From Octopus sinensis (Eukaryota), in assembly GCF_006345805.1 (NCBI RefSeq), contig NC_043010.1, positions 64,790,001 to 64,854,000 on the forward strand: a stretch of 64,000 bases of DNA. The letters run 5' to 3'. Position 1 is the stretch's first letter, and each line of letters opens with the position of its first letter. The notes under the pieces are model-generated. The model was not told the DNA's origin, ran no database searches, and was given only the letters and a program-made list of their open reading frames with translations. A program made the position numbers and the translations under genes. Positions 14,790-27,176 of this stretch are shown here, in pieces.

Positions 14790-14837
14790 GTCTCTGATGA
14801 AGGGATATCCATAATATCCCAGAAACAGCAGTTGGAC
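14790..14837 (+). ncRNA. Minimal type I hammerhead ribozyme motif
   Basis: gtct-CTGATGA-a-GGGATAT/ATATCCC-a-GAAAC-agca-GTT-ggac. Confidence 0.75.
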
Positions 14838-14905
14838 TATATATCTCGTTCCTTATAAATGTCATGAAAACTTTTCAAAGCCTTGGCTTTGTTATCTCTT
14901 TTTGT

Positions 14906-14983
<78 letters not shown>

Positions 14984-15078
14984 TAGATAGATAGATAGAT
15001 GTATATATATATATACACATATATAAACAGATTATACATATCTATCTGTCTATCTATCTATCTATCTATCTATCTATC

Positions 15079-15109
<31 letters not shown>

Positions 15110-15110
15110 G

Positions 15111-15175
<65 letters not shown>

Positions 15176-15427
15176 TAAAGATTATTTCTTTATTTCCCAA
15201 CATGACGTGGCAGTGTTGGCGAGGATGAATATTATTGCTTATCGTCTCCAGCTGGCTATACGACACAATCTGTCTCCTTATATTTTCGAACAAGAGGGTT
15301 TGGCATCCCCACCCACAATATCTGTGTATCACATTTTCTAGGTTGTTTTTCCTCATCAGCACAATAACTGTTCGACTAGAGTTGCCGCTGCTAAATTCAC
15401 CATGCGGTTTTAAGTACAAACAGTAAT

Positions 15428-15498
<71 letters not shown>

Positions 15499-15532
15499 TA
15501 TTTTATGGTTTGGAGGTGATGTACAGGTATTG

Positions 15533-15774
15533 TATATTAGTAAAAAGAAGGTACTCAGAAATCTGGATGGTTTTATATTTATAGATTTTTATTAACATGT
15601 CACATGTTTATATAAATCATATATTATCGTTTGCATCCATTCTACTAGATTCTTCAGAATGTGAAGAATCCAGTACAGTGGATGCAAGCGCTATATATGA
15701 GTTATAAAATCATGTGACATATTAATCAAAATCTGTAAATATAAAACCAACCAGATTTCTGAGTACTTTATTTC

Positions 15775-15784
<10 letters not shown>
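15533..15784. mobile_element. About 250-bp hairpin MITE-like element
   Basis: Arms gtactcagaaatctgg...gattcttca and reverse complement, centred near 15658. Confidence 0.75.
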
Positions 15785-15839
<55 letters not shown>

Positions 15840-15900
15840 AGGGGGGGTAATATACATACATGCATATATATGCATACGTTCATTCATATCTATATACATA

Positions 15901-16405
15901 CTAGCAGTATCGCTCGGCGTTGCTCGGGTTTGTAAGGGAAATAACTATATAAGCATTTTTAGAGAGTTACTTCCTTTATAGATGCCAATTCGGGCTTTCT
16001 TAGCCATTTCTGTTTTGGTGTCTTCAAGCCATGAAGTCGTTGTTCTAAAAGAACGCTGGTCTCCTTGACAACGCATTACGACGTTGATTTCCTTAAACTT
16101 CCTTCACGAGGGAGGGAAGAAGGGGGAGAAGCAAACACAGGTGCAAGTGTTTGAGCGTGGACGCCAACTCCGCCGCCATCGACACACGAAAAATTATGCA
16201 TTAAAATGGAATAAAAAATGATGTTAAATTTTTTTAAAATCGTAGACTCATCGTAGACGCGCGCTAATAGCCAGACGGGCTTGATATGAATCACGACTAT
16301 AAGATACCCGAATTTGGTTAAACTGCACCGCAAAATGTGGGAGGAGTTAGGAATCTAAATCGTAAGAGACAGACACTCACACAACTACAGTTTTATATAT
16401 ATAGA
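15901..16405 (-). mobile_element. Non-autonomous Helitron of the same family (505 bp)
   Basis: A|TC 5' end, hairpin plus CTAG|T 3' end; about 270 bp closely similar to 45015-45282. Confidence 0.9.
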
Positions 16406-16439
16406 TATGTGCCTGTGCACGCGCGCCCGCGTGTTTTGT

Positions 16440-17360
16440 AGAACAGGGCACTTCATCCATAGCAAATCGACATCGACGACCACATAAAGGATGTTTGAGT
16501 GGTCCAAAGAATCAATGTTGGAAGGGGTGTGATCTGGACTGTATGCTGGGTATTCCAGCAACTCGAAGCCCAGTTTTTCAATGGATTCGACGGTGTTCAT
16601 AGACCTCGGTATTTGTTGCAAATTGATGAATCCGGTCTCAGATTTCTGGGTGGCATTTAACTGTCGCCTACACAGGTGACTGTACATCTTTCTTTTCCAA
16701 GAAATGTCCCAATACAAGTATTCTTGCGTCCCAAGAACAGGTCAGCATCTGTTATTTTGCAGAAGGTTGAATCCTAAATTTCGTTTTCGCTCCATATTAT
16801 GCCTCCTAGATACTGGTTTAAAGTGATAGGCCGAGGTCTCATTTCTTGTGATCATTCTCTCTATAAAAGCTTCGTTTTCGTCGTTATAGCGGTCGAATAA
16901 GCGTTGGCAGATCTCCATACGATTGCACCTATGCATCCATCTTACACAAACTTAGTGGTGGATTATTTCGTATGCAGAACCACGTCTAATTTGCAGAGAA
17001 CATACCACCTGATTGTCGGTCACGCGTCGGTTCATCAAAACCAATCTCGAGTTTCATGAATCCTCACGTCCGTCCTGGAGGTTGATTAGCACCCTGCTTC
17101 AACTTCGTGCTTCTCTGGTATATTCAAACTTCTCGATCCACTCATACACACTTCTATATGGTAGAACGCCATTCCCGTATCGTACAGAGCACCAGCAATA
17201 AATTTCAGCTCCGGGCACACTTTGAAACCAGAGAAATCGGATCACTGATCTCTGTTCTTCCTTGACACACACTGCCAACAGAGCGGCTGTGTTTTCTCTG
17301 TAACACAAAAAAGAAAACTGGAGCGAACGAGTCAAAAGCTCGGATATGTAATCACACAAG
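16440..17360 (-). mobile_element. Mariner transposase remnant
   Basis: EQRSVIRFL, YEWIEKF, ITRNETSAYHF, YPAYSPDHTPS. Confidence 0.8.
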
Positions 17361-17434
17361 CGTGGAAAGCAGTGTGGTCACCCTAAAGAAAGTTTTGGCG
17401 ATAGAGCGAACACTTTTTGACTTACTTTTGTATT

Positions 17435-17495
<61 letters not shown>

Positions 17496-17788
17496 GTGTA
17501 TGAAATTACGAATTAAATGCGACTCTGATAATGTAAACATTATAGTTCGCACGGATATAGTTTATGTGTTATGTATAAACGCTCATTCGCAGCACGATAT
17601 CATGTAGGGAGTTTTACCTGGGTGCTATCCGAAAGCAAATGTGTTTTAAGCAAAAGATATGCACTCGGGAGGTGATAAAGTCATTTACGTTTCGAGCCTA
17701 CGCTGCACAACAGAAAGGAACACAGAAATAAGCAGAGAGAGAAAATTAAATCATAAAGATTTAGTGGCTAGCGATCAATCATGGCGAA

Positions 17789-17879
<91 letters not shown>

Positions 17880-17949
17880 GCAAGATTTTTTATGTGAAGT
17901 CGTGTGTTTATTGGCTAAACTGGCAAAATGACCATTCCGAAATATAACA

Positions 17950-18170
17950 ATATATATATAAAGTTAATCCAAACAAGAAAGCACAAAAAGAACACAACAA
18001 CGCGAGGACGTGGAACAAATATAGTATTATTGGACGCTCAGGAAAGAAGGAAAGAAGGAGGGTTTAACGTTTCGAGCGGAGCTCTTCGTCGGAAACATAG
18101 GAGAACGTAAGATCCAGAGAAGGGAAGACAGAGGAAAAAAAATCGCCAACGTTACACACGATGTCACATT
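17950..18170 (-). repeat. About 210-bp solo pLTR-like repeat with hammerhead-like motif (18062-18096); second copy 26312-26520, shorter relatives near 17690 and 61863-61898
   Basis: Direct similarity between copies; gttt-C(C/T)GACGA-a-gagc/gctc-GAAAC-GTT-aaa. Confidence 0.7.
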
Positions 18171-18229
18171 TTATATATATATATAGACATTTTATATATA
18201 TATATAGACGAAGACAGTTGTGTAAAAAA

Positions 18230-19190
18230 CAAACAGATGTATTGGTTTAACGTGAGAATGTCTTAAACGTTTCGGGCCTACGCTCTTCGACAGAATGGAA
18301 CACAGAAATAAACAGGGAGAGAAAATAAAGAATATTTGGTAGCTAGCAATCTATCACGGCGAATTCCGGACAGCGGGGGACAAGAGTGGGGTGTGGGTTA
18401 GACTGAGTGTGGGGATAGGTGTGGGGTATGTGGGAGTGAGGTGAAACGGATGGAGTGGTAGTGGGATGGGTTGTATAGGGAAGGTGAAGTCGGATTGTGT
18501 AGGGGTGAAGTTGCGAGGGAGGGGTGCCTATGAAGGGAGAGGAAGGTGGGAGTGAAGGGAAGTATGTGTTAGAGCAAGAAAGAAGAGGTGGTTGGGAAAA
18601 AGTAGGAGTGAGAGGAAGAGAGGAGAGGGGAGGAGGTTTAGATGAAGAGGGGAGGAGAGTTGAGTCCATGAGGCGCAATGAGCAAAGAGAGAAGATTAAT
18701 TGCTGTTCACGTCGAAGACGGGAGTCCGGATGGCCCCTGTGCAAGGACAATCCGAACACAAAGAGGTGTTGCAAAGAATGACCGGTAGAACGGAAATGGC
18801 ACGAGACCACGTTATCATTTCCGAGTCAGATTTCTCGGAGGTGTTCCGCGAACCGGTCTGTGTAGCGGCGTCCCGTTTGACCGATGTATAGAGAAGGACA
18901 GAAAGAGCAGGAGATGCAGTAGATGGCGTTGCTAGAAGTGCAGGTGAAGGAGTCAGCGATATGATAGGGTCGGTGATGGGTGCCTCTGAGGAGGGTGGTG
19001 TTGGAGAGGTGAGGGCAAGTGTGGCAGCGTTGGCGGGAGCTGGGGAGCGAGCCGGGTTTGGAGGTTGCGTTAGGTAAGAAGCTGTGGACCAAGAGGTCAC
19101 GTAGGTTGTGGGCGCGTTTGAAGGAGGGGAGGGGTCGGTTAGGGAAGATGTGATACGCGTGTTGATGTATGCTTTTATATATCAATGCAT
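18230..19190 (-). mobile_element. Penelope-like element 3' part (GIY-YIG endonuclease, 3'UTR, pLTR)
   Basis: RAHNLRDLLV, CHTC, AIYCISC...LYIGQTGR...RFAEH; hammerhead-like motif near 18260-18295. Confidence 0.88.
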
Positions 19191-19423
19191 TAGATTCAAC
19201 TGTTTCTGCTATAACACTTTATTAAAAACAACGTAATTTTAATAGAAAGAAAACAATCCATCATTTAATAACGATTCAGTCATAAAAACACAAACGCCAT
19301 TCATTAAAATCCACTATGATCTAAATTCACGCAATGCACTGGCAATTAGAAGTGTTATAGATGGAAAGGAATTTTAATATTATTTACATTTGACGGATAT
19401 TTGACCTCGTCTTGTTTGTTGTT

Positions 19424-19469
19424 AACGCAACATTTCGGCTGATATATTCTCCAGCCTTCATCAGGTGTC
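19424..19469 (-). ncRNA. Degenerate hammerhead motif
   Basis: gacac-CTGATGA-a-ggctg/cagcc-GAAAT-GTT-gcgtt. Confidence 0.55.
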
Positions 19470-20069
19470 CTGAGGAAATTTCGAACCTGAGTTCTCATTC
19501 CTAAGGTATTTTCCTGAGGTTATTTTATTATTATAATCGAGCTCGGAATCTTGGGGTTAGTAACCTGCGCCCTTAACCACAACGCTATATGACCGTGGGC
19601 AATTATGGACTGAATATTAGGGCTTATAAATCTAATATTTTCCTATCTTTACTTAATACCGGTTCCCATATGCTATTCATATCTGCACTCGGTCTGCTTA
19701 GGAGGTTATTATATCCTAGCATATGTGCTGTTTCTTTTGGTTTTCGTATTTTCCAGTGCTGTTTTATGTCTATTATTTTAACTTCGTCCCGCAAGGGGAA
19801 GTGGTCTCCCTATTTTTCCATACATGATCAGCTATACGTGATCTGTCAATATCTCCTCGTGTCACAGTTTGCGATGTTCTTTTAGTTTAAGAGCACGGGC
19901 TACTATCCCAAATATTCGAAGTGACCTGAATATTAATAATAATAATAACAACAACAACAACAACAACAACAACAGCTACATCAGTAAAATACCCCGAATG
20001 AGAACCCCGAAACGTTGTGTTAACAACAAACAATATGCATACAAATATCCGTGAAATGTAAATAATGTA

Positions 20070-20454
20070 GGCGCAGGAGTGGCTGTGTGGTAAGTAGCTT
20101 GCCTACCAACCACATGGTTCCGAGTTCAGTCCCACTGCGTGGCATCTTGGGCAAATATCTTTTGCTATAGCCTCGAGCCGACCAATGCCTTGTGAGTGGA
20201 TTTGGTAGACGGAAACTGAAAGAAGCCTGTCGTATATATGTATATATATGTATGTGTGTGTATATGTTTGTGTGTCTGTGCTTGTCCCTCTAGCATTGCT
20301 TGACAACCTATGCTGGTGTGTTTACGTCCCCGTCACCTAGCGGTTCGGCAAAAGAGACCGATAGAATAAGTACTGGGCTTACAAAGAATAAGTCCTTTCG
20401 ACTAAATGCGGTGCTCCAGCATGGCCGCAATCAAATGACTGAAACAAGTAAAAG
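20070..20454 (+). mobile_element. tRNA-derived SINE; relatives at 30577-30895 (+) and about 54760-54950 (-)
   Basis: A-box TGGCTGTGTGG, B-box-like GAGTTCAGTCC, internal microsatellite, tail gcggtgctccagcatggccgc. Confidence 0.85.
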
Positions 20455-20973
20455 TGTATGGGTAAAAAAGAGTAATGTAAATAATGTACATAATTTCTCA
20501 TCTCTCAAATATAAATCAGAAAAGAATTTTTGTTGCATGGATATTATCTCCTGAGTTCATAGCCACAATATTATTAAATCAATACAAGTTTCTACCAATC
20601 ATAGGGTTTGTCTCTTATGTTCAAAGTAAAATGTAAACAAAAAATTATTTCCATTCTCAAAGAATCAGTAGTGGAGAGAAAACAGTTCAAATTTCACCAA
20701 CTATTATAATGTTCTTTCAATTAACTGTATAATAATTATATACACTATTTGAACGCAAATGAACAAACGTAATTTGAACCGACAGGGCTTGTAACGTGCC
20801 GCTGGAACTGTTAAAAATAGCAACACTGACCTTCCCGTCAAACCATACATCACTGTCTTAAAAAAGACAGGATGGTCACAGTAAGAACCCCCTTGGTCAT
20901 CGTCCTGCTTAATCAGGTCTAAATGAGACTAAGTAACAACAGTGACGGGAATAGCATTTTAAACAATACTTAC

Positions 20974-21231
20974 GGTTTCCTTTTCGAGTGTATATTCTCA
21001 GTTGAGATATCTTGTATGGCTTATCAAACGTCACTTGCCAATATGGGTTTCTTTCCTTCTCAGTATGTGCACATGATTTATGTGTGACTCCAGGATCAAA
21101 ATTGCCGTCAACCGCCTTGTCGGATGTCATGCCTTCATTCCTGTCAATACATGTTCCATTATAGAAAACACGTTTTCCTGACTCTCCATAAGTACTTGAT
21201 TGATTTGTTTGTTTACCTTCAGCAATATTAA
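20974..21231 (-). CDS. Host gene exon F, N-terminal half of F-type lectin (FTP/fucolectin) domain
   Basis: tatgtttttcag|TT acceptor, C|gtaagt donor, 258 bp, phase 1-1; NIAEGKQTNQSST...AVDGN...SCAHT...YWQVTF...LRIYTR matches FTP signature motifs. Confidence 0.9.
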
Positions 21232-21656
21232 CTGAAAAACATAGAAGCCTGAATTAATGATTAGTACAAAGTTTTTAGTTCAATATATTTTGAAAACGTA
21301 TTTTCTGAGTGACATATTTCTATAGCCTCACTTTTCTGTACATTATAATAATAATATAGTATATACTTAAAATATACCACGTTTGTATCATCCAGATGGA
21401 AGATAGCTGTTATAAGACAAAAAATTGACATTTATAAACTAAATACTCATAAAAAATCAGGCAAGAATATCGAGAAAGTTAATATTATATCCCAAGGCTG
21501 AATTTTTAGCTCTAACTTATTTTATATTACATATTAGATAATTTTCTAAATTGTTAACGTAAAATAGTATCTGACAAAATTTAATAAATATAAAATTATA
21601 TAGTACAATTTCCTCTCGAACAAAATACTCGCTAACCAAATCTTTCGACAGAATAC

Positions 21657-21907
21657 TATTGGGTTGGTGCACAATTATTGCGGCATATTTTCAACAAATT
21701 TTATTCAAGAAAAGCAATAACAGTATTTAACAAAAACATTTTTAAATGACGGTGTGACCGTCTGCCAAGCAAATAAGAAGGAGCAATTGAAGTTGATGAT
21801 GAATATGTTCCGGAATAATCATTTAAAGATGTTTTGTTACATGTAGTTGGTTTTGCTGAATAAAATTTGTTGAAAAAAAACCGCAATAATTATGCACCAA
21901 CCCAATA
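21657..21907. mobile_element. Mariner (Hsmar1/MADE1-like TIR) MITE with TA flanks; internal fragment also at about 63200-63285
   Basis: TA-ttgggttggtgcacaattattgcgg ... ccgcaataattatgcaccaacccaa-TA. Confidence 0.85.
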
Positions 21908-22049
21908 GTATCTTAATTTAATCCACACAAATTAGACGTATGAGAAAAACATTAACATGACTATACAACAATATATTGTCCATCCCATAAATAATGCAGT
22001 TTTTTCAATTGCATAACTTAAAAGTCGGAGGGGGATGGGATAAACTGAT

Positions 22050-23580
22050 TGTATCAACTTGATATAAAAGCAGGTAGTACTTTTTCGTTGTCTTTATTCT
22101 CGGCGCAAGTTTTGAGGAATTTGGTTTGCATTGCAGTTGTATTGTGCTTTAAATATTGTTGTACTGTTCGCTGAACACTTTGGTTTTTGCTGCTTTGTGG
22201 CGGTCTCGTTGTGCTTTCCCTCCTCATGGAGGAGGGTGGGCCGGGTAGAGGAGGGGAAGACATCAGATTTTCGGATGGCAGTTGCACTGAGGTGTCCGAT
22301 CTGGGCGGTCGGGAATTCCATGAATGACTGGGAGGGAGAGAGGAGCAGGGCTGGATAGAAGCTTCGCGGAGGTGGCAAGGGTGTCGGGGTGCAATGTGGA
22401 AGGGAACGAGTGGAGGGAATGTTCAAGGGTGATAAGGGGGAGGGTTCTAATGTGGGGGCGGCGACCCCAATGGGTATTATCGTTGATGGGATGGAATATG
22501 CGGTGGTGTACAAGGTGGACTCGGTGGAAGCAGGAGGGATAAAAGGGGTAACGAAGAATCAGGTAGAGAAGGCACTGGGGGCGGTCTTGTAGGAAGTCAA
22601 ATGTCTAACCGGAGGGAGTGGGTTTGGAGTGGTTGAGGGTCAATATGGGAATGCAACCGTGGTAGGTTTGAGTGCGGCAACAGTCTTAAGGGCTAATGAA
22701 GAGGTGATGTTGCCGATGTGTTGTGGAAGGCGTGCCGTGGGGGTCAGCATGGAGTGAGTCCCCCCAGACGTCGACGTGGCCTGGATGGCGACCGCTGTTT
22801 TGTTCGGCAGCGACGAGGAGATGGCGGTTCCCCGAGCTCCTGGGACGGAAGCAGGAGGCTGGAGGGGGCAGTCCCTAAACATGGTGATGCGTGTATCTAG
22901 GGAAGTAGTGGAAGTGTTGCCGGAAGCAGTAGCATTAGACGGTATGGTAATGGTGGTTAGAGTGGAGGGCAGGATTCCCACATGCTGCAAATGTGGCCAG
23001 AAAGGCCACATTAGAGCAAACTGCCCTCAACAGGACAGCGGGAGAGGGGAGGAACCAGCAGGAGAAGGAGGGCGAGTGGGTAACACCAGGCAGGAAAATG
23101 AAAAGAAAAAGGAGGAAACCAGGTAAAATAAATACAAAACCATATCAGACGACAGAAAAACTGGAGAGGAAAATAATGAAAATAAAAGGGGTTATTAGGG
23201 TGAATCTTTCAGAAGGATATGATAAGGATATAAGTTGTATTCTGATGGAAGAAGGTAAATATAGAACTCTGAAAGAAGCTTTTCCTTCAGATGTAAACTC
23301 ACTGGGACCCGAAGTGAGTATTGAACCCAGCGCCCCAGTGGTGAAATATGAGGACATTAAAAAATGATTTAAAATGGTATTTTGATATTATCTCAAAGAC
23401 CTGTTAAAAACGCTTTGTTTGAAATAATTGAAATCACGTAATCATCCCGGAGCGGGGCCGGGTTGACCGTTTCACCTTCATTATAAAATTTCCTTTTATT
23501 CATTTTTCATGTGTTAATTGCCCCCGCATGTATGTTTGTCCTCTGTATGTTGGTACCTTTTGGACAATAAAAAATCACTT
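22050..23580 (+). mobile_element. Degenerate Tx1-family ORF1 followed directly by a 3'UTR and polyA signal (HAL1-like)
   Basis: Frameshifted ORF1 pieces homologous to 39165-40780 (VVYKVDSV, CCKCGQKGHIRANC, EWVTPGRK, YRTLKEAFPSDVNSL); AATAAA at 23566-23571; no ORF2 in between. Confidence 0.75.
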
Positions 23581-23589
23581 TATTCTATG

Positions 23590-24000
23590 CACAAGTCTCT
23601 TGTTTGAACTTTTTGCCAGTGTTTCTTGTGTTAAATTTTGAAATGTTGCGGTGAGTTGCGGTTGTTTTTGCGGTTGTTTTTTCGAAAAACTGTTTATTGC
23701 TTCGTTGAAGCAGCTTGTTATCAATCGCCCCACTGCGAGGGAATTAATGTCATTGTTGAACAGTGAGGCTTTGAGTCAATTCTGTGGTTCGTAAGCCTTT
23801 TGTTGGATACACTCAATGTAAGAAGCTTAAGTGTACGTGGCCTGGGGTCAGACTGGAAGCAAGGTCGCTTCCTTAATGACCTCACGTCACATAGTTTGGA
23901 TGTGATAGTGGCCACGGAAACCAGACTGTGTGGGATGCGGGCCATTTCTTCCCTCCAGAACGGCTACAAGCAATTTATTTTCACATGCCAACCAGGGTGA
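23590..24000 (+). mobile_element. Tx1-family ORF2 5' fragment (endonuclease N-terminus) with T-rich leader
   Basis: GLGSDWKQGRFLNDLTSHSLDVIVATETRL versus GLGSYWKQGYLLNDLRSHRLDVVVITESRL in the large element. Confidence 0.85.
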
Positions 24001-25369
24001 GGGAGAGACACTCTGCTCTTACGTAAATTGGAGCGAGATCACGAGCAGTGTGGCCCATCTGACCTCAACTAAGTCAAACCTTTACGAAGCCCAATTTTAT
24101 TTAGTCCGCTGCCTCCCTTTCCACATATTTAAGTCGAAATCCAAAAATATGACGCTATTCTTTACGAGCGAGATTGCCCGCATGGTGACCGCTATTTCAA
24201 CCACCAGCCTGGAGCAAAGTGTTTAATTCACAGAACTCCAAACATAGCACTCTTGCTACAACAGAAGCACAACTAAAACCCAAATGAAATCGTACCCCTA
24301 AAATCTACTGCTGTCCCCCACACGAGATATTTCTACAGCAATATTGTACGCTAATACATCTTCCCAGGATCTGACGTACAATCAAAACAACACTCCTAGC
24401 CAACATCACAAGCTTCATAAAGCCATATTCAGGGGCAGTACTACCAACACGTGATTTTCCCACAAGTAAAGAAATAAGAAACCACCCATCAGAAACAAGA
24501 ATAAAATCAACAGACACAGCACAAACCTTTTCAACAACCCAGAAAACATCCTGTGGCAACAAAAACAAAACAAACAAACGACAAAACCGTCAATGTAACC
24601 ACAGCTTTATCCACCAAATATTCCTTAACCAGACAAATTATTCTTTCTTATCCATCCGAAACCTGGCAAAAGAGATTCAGATAAATGACTGTCATACTGT
24701 CCCTTTGTCGTTACTCCCAGTCCATAAACTGGTCCCTCGTCGACATTAAAACATAAGTCCCTTTCGGGACCATTGAAAAAATGTAATCAAGCCACTACGC
24801 TAATCTTACCATTTTCGCTGAATGCACAAATCATCAGGTCATCCTTTAATGCGAAGAGATAAAAGATTTAACACTGGGCTACCGACCAATGAGGAATATC
24901 ACTGTGACCCGTGCAGATCGCAACGGCAGAAGAAAGATAGGATTTGCCGTTTTGCTACATGACGCATTCGCTGCAGATGCGGATGTTTCATGCACCATAC
25001 TGTGAATCAGCAGCTGCGTGTAAAAAAACCAATGCTTCTGTTATAATTATGGTCACCTCAACTGGCCCTGCTTTCATTAACAGCAGGCCAAGACACATAA
25101 AAGAAGAAAAAGATCTCATGGTATTCAGACATTCCCCGGATGAATATCCCGAACAAATTCCAGATAAATCAAGTACACCCGGATAAATCTCTGCCAACAA
25201 TAACTCTTTACTCGCATGGGCTATGGTGCCCAAAACATGTCTGTAACATGAAGCATGATTAAATGTTTTATTAGTGCTGCTACTAAGTTAGTCATGGCCA
25301 GGGTTTATTCTGACCGAAAGTCATTTAAGTATCTAAGTACCCGCATACCCTGAACAAATATGTACTTAC

Positions 25370-25516
25370 CGTATGTTCGCTTGTCACACTTCTCTCCATA
25401 CCATCCATCTTCGCAGCCACCACGTTTACACTTTCCAGTAATTTGGTGACAATATTCCGCTCGAGAACAATGACATTCATTGATACAGTCTTTACCATAC
25501 AATTGTGGTGGACATC
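25370..25516 (-). CDS. Host gene exon E, EGF-like repeat
   Basis: atcgatttag|GA acceptor, G|gtaagt donor, 147 bp, phase 1-1; CPPQLYGKDCINECHCSRAEYCHQITGKCKRGGCEDGWYGEKCDKRTY. Confidence 0.9.
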
Positions 25517-26251
25517 CTAAATCGATAACATCGAAACAGTTTCTTTGTAAATGAGCATTAAAATAAAACAGTTATTGAAAAAACATTCAATCTTACAAGA
25601 TCTCACATATAATCAACAAGAGATTCTATATTTCAAGAGTAACTCTTGATATAGAATCTCTTGATATAGAATCTCTTGATGTAGCTAACAAGAGATACTA
25701 TATATCACATTTACAATCTTAAAATTGCAGAAATCCGCGCACATATAAGAAATCAAAAATTATGCGATTTCTGTATATGTAGAAGCTACATAAGCTACAG
25801 TTGAGACACTATCGTATCCAGAGTGTGTGCCGCCCAGGGCGGCCCTTCCGTTTACCTCCCCTGACTCGACAAAAGCACATATTGCTTATAGCAGACTCAA
25901 CAGTGAATTCTCCTTTAAAAGTACCGCCATTGGTGGACCACCCCTACCGCCCATCAAACGTAGCTACGCTAATGAGTTAAGAACACTTTAAAGCATCATA
26001 GCCGAGAAGAGAGACTTAAAAGGATTATATCAAACAGAAATCAACAGTATGTTAACATTGCAGTTTTAAGTTACGGGCACACGGGGCAGTTGTGTAGAGG
26101 CCTCTTATTTCTAGGGGCCCAATTATGATGTATATATGCTATGTCTTCCTGTTAGTATGTATATATTGTAGGTACCAGTTCAATGACTTGCTCGTAGCGA
26201 GGACTACATTGCTACTAAAGTTTGCTATGGTCGTGTATATATGTATGGGTA

Positions 26252-26316
<65 letters not shown>

Positions 26317-26670
26317 CTCCAAACATGAACAAAGAGAAAACACAACAACGCGAGGACGTGAAACAGGTGTAGTGTTATTGGACGCCCAAGAAAGTAAAGA
26401 AGTAAGGAGGATTTAACGTTTCGAGCGGTCTTCTTCGTCAGAAACATAGAAAAAGGAAAGGTCCAAGGAAGGGAAGACGGAGAAAGAGAATCGCCAACGA
26501 TACACACACGGTCACGTATTGAACTGACAGGAAGGGAATGGGTGAAGAAAAAGTGCAAGAGAAGAAGGTATGTGTGTGTATGTGCGTGCGCTCAGGTCTC
26601 TGTGTGTGCGTGTGTGTTTGTGTGTTTTTGTAATGATAGCACGTGCGTGTGTGTGTGTGTGTGTGTGTGT

Positions 26671-26783
26671 GGTTGTTGCTGTTTATCTATGTGTATGGTT
26701 GGGCATAATATCGTTAACGGTCATAGGAAGAATTTATAGTAGGAGTGACTCCTGTTGTGTGTCTACTTACACATGTGCGTAGA

Positions 26784-26840
<57 letters not shown>

Positions 26841-26847
26841 TATATAA

Positions 26848-26878
<31 letters not shown>

Positions 26879-26879
26879 A

Positions 26880-26948
<69 letters not shown>

Positions 26949-27073
26949 CATATATATATTTCTACGCACATGTGTAAGTAGACACACAACAGGAGTCACT
27001 CCTACTATAAATTCTTCCTATGACCGTTAACGATATTATGCCCAACCATACACATAGATAAACAGCAACAACC
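26671..27073. repeat. Perfect 115-bp inverted duplication around a (TA)n tract
   Basis: 26671-26785 is the reverse complement of 26959-27073. Confidence 0.92.
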
Positions 27074-27083
27074 ACACACACAA

Positions 27084-27174
<91 letters not shown>

Positions 27175-27176
27175 AA

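Noticed and set aside
25640-25685. Three 15-bp direct repeats
   Set aside because: Plain minisatellite without spacers; no CRISPR array or cas genes anywhere in the window.
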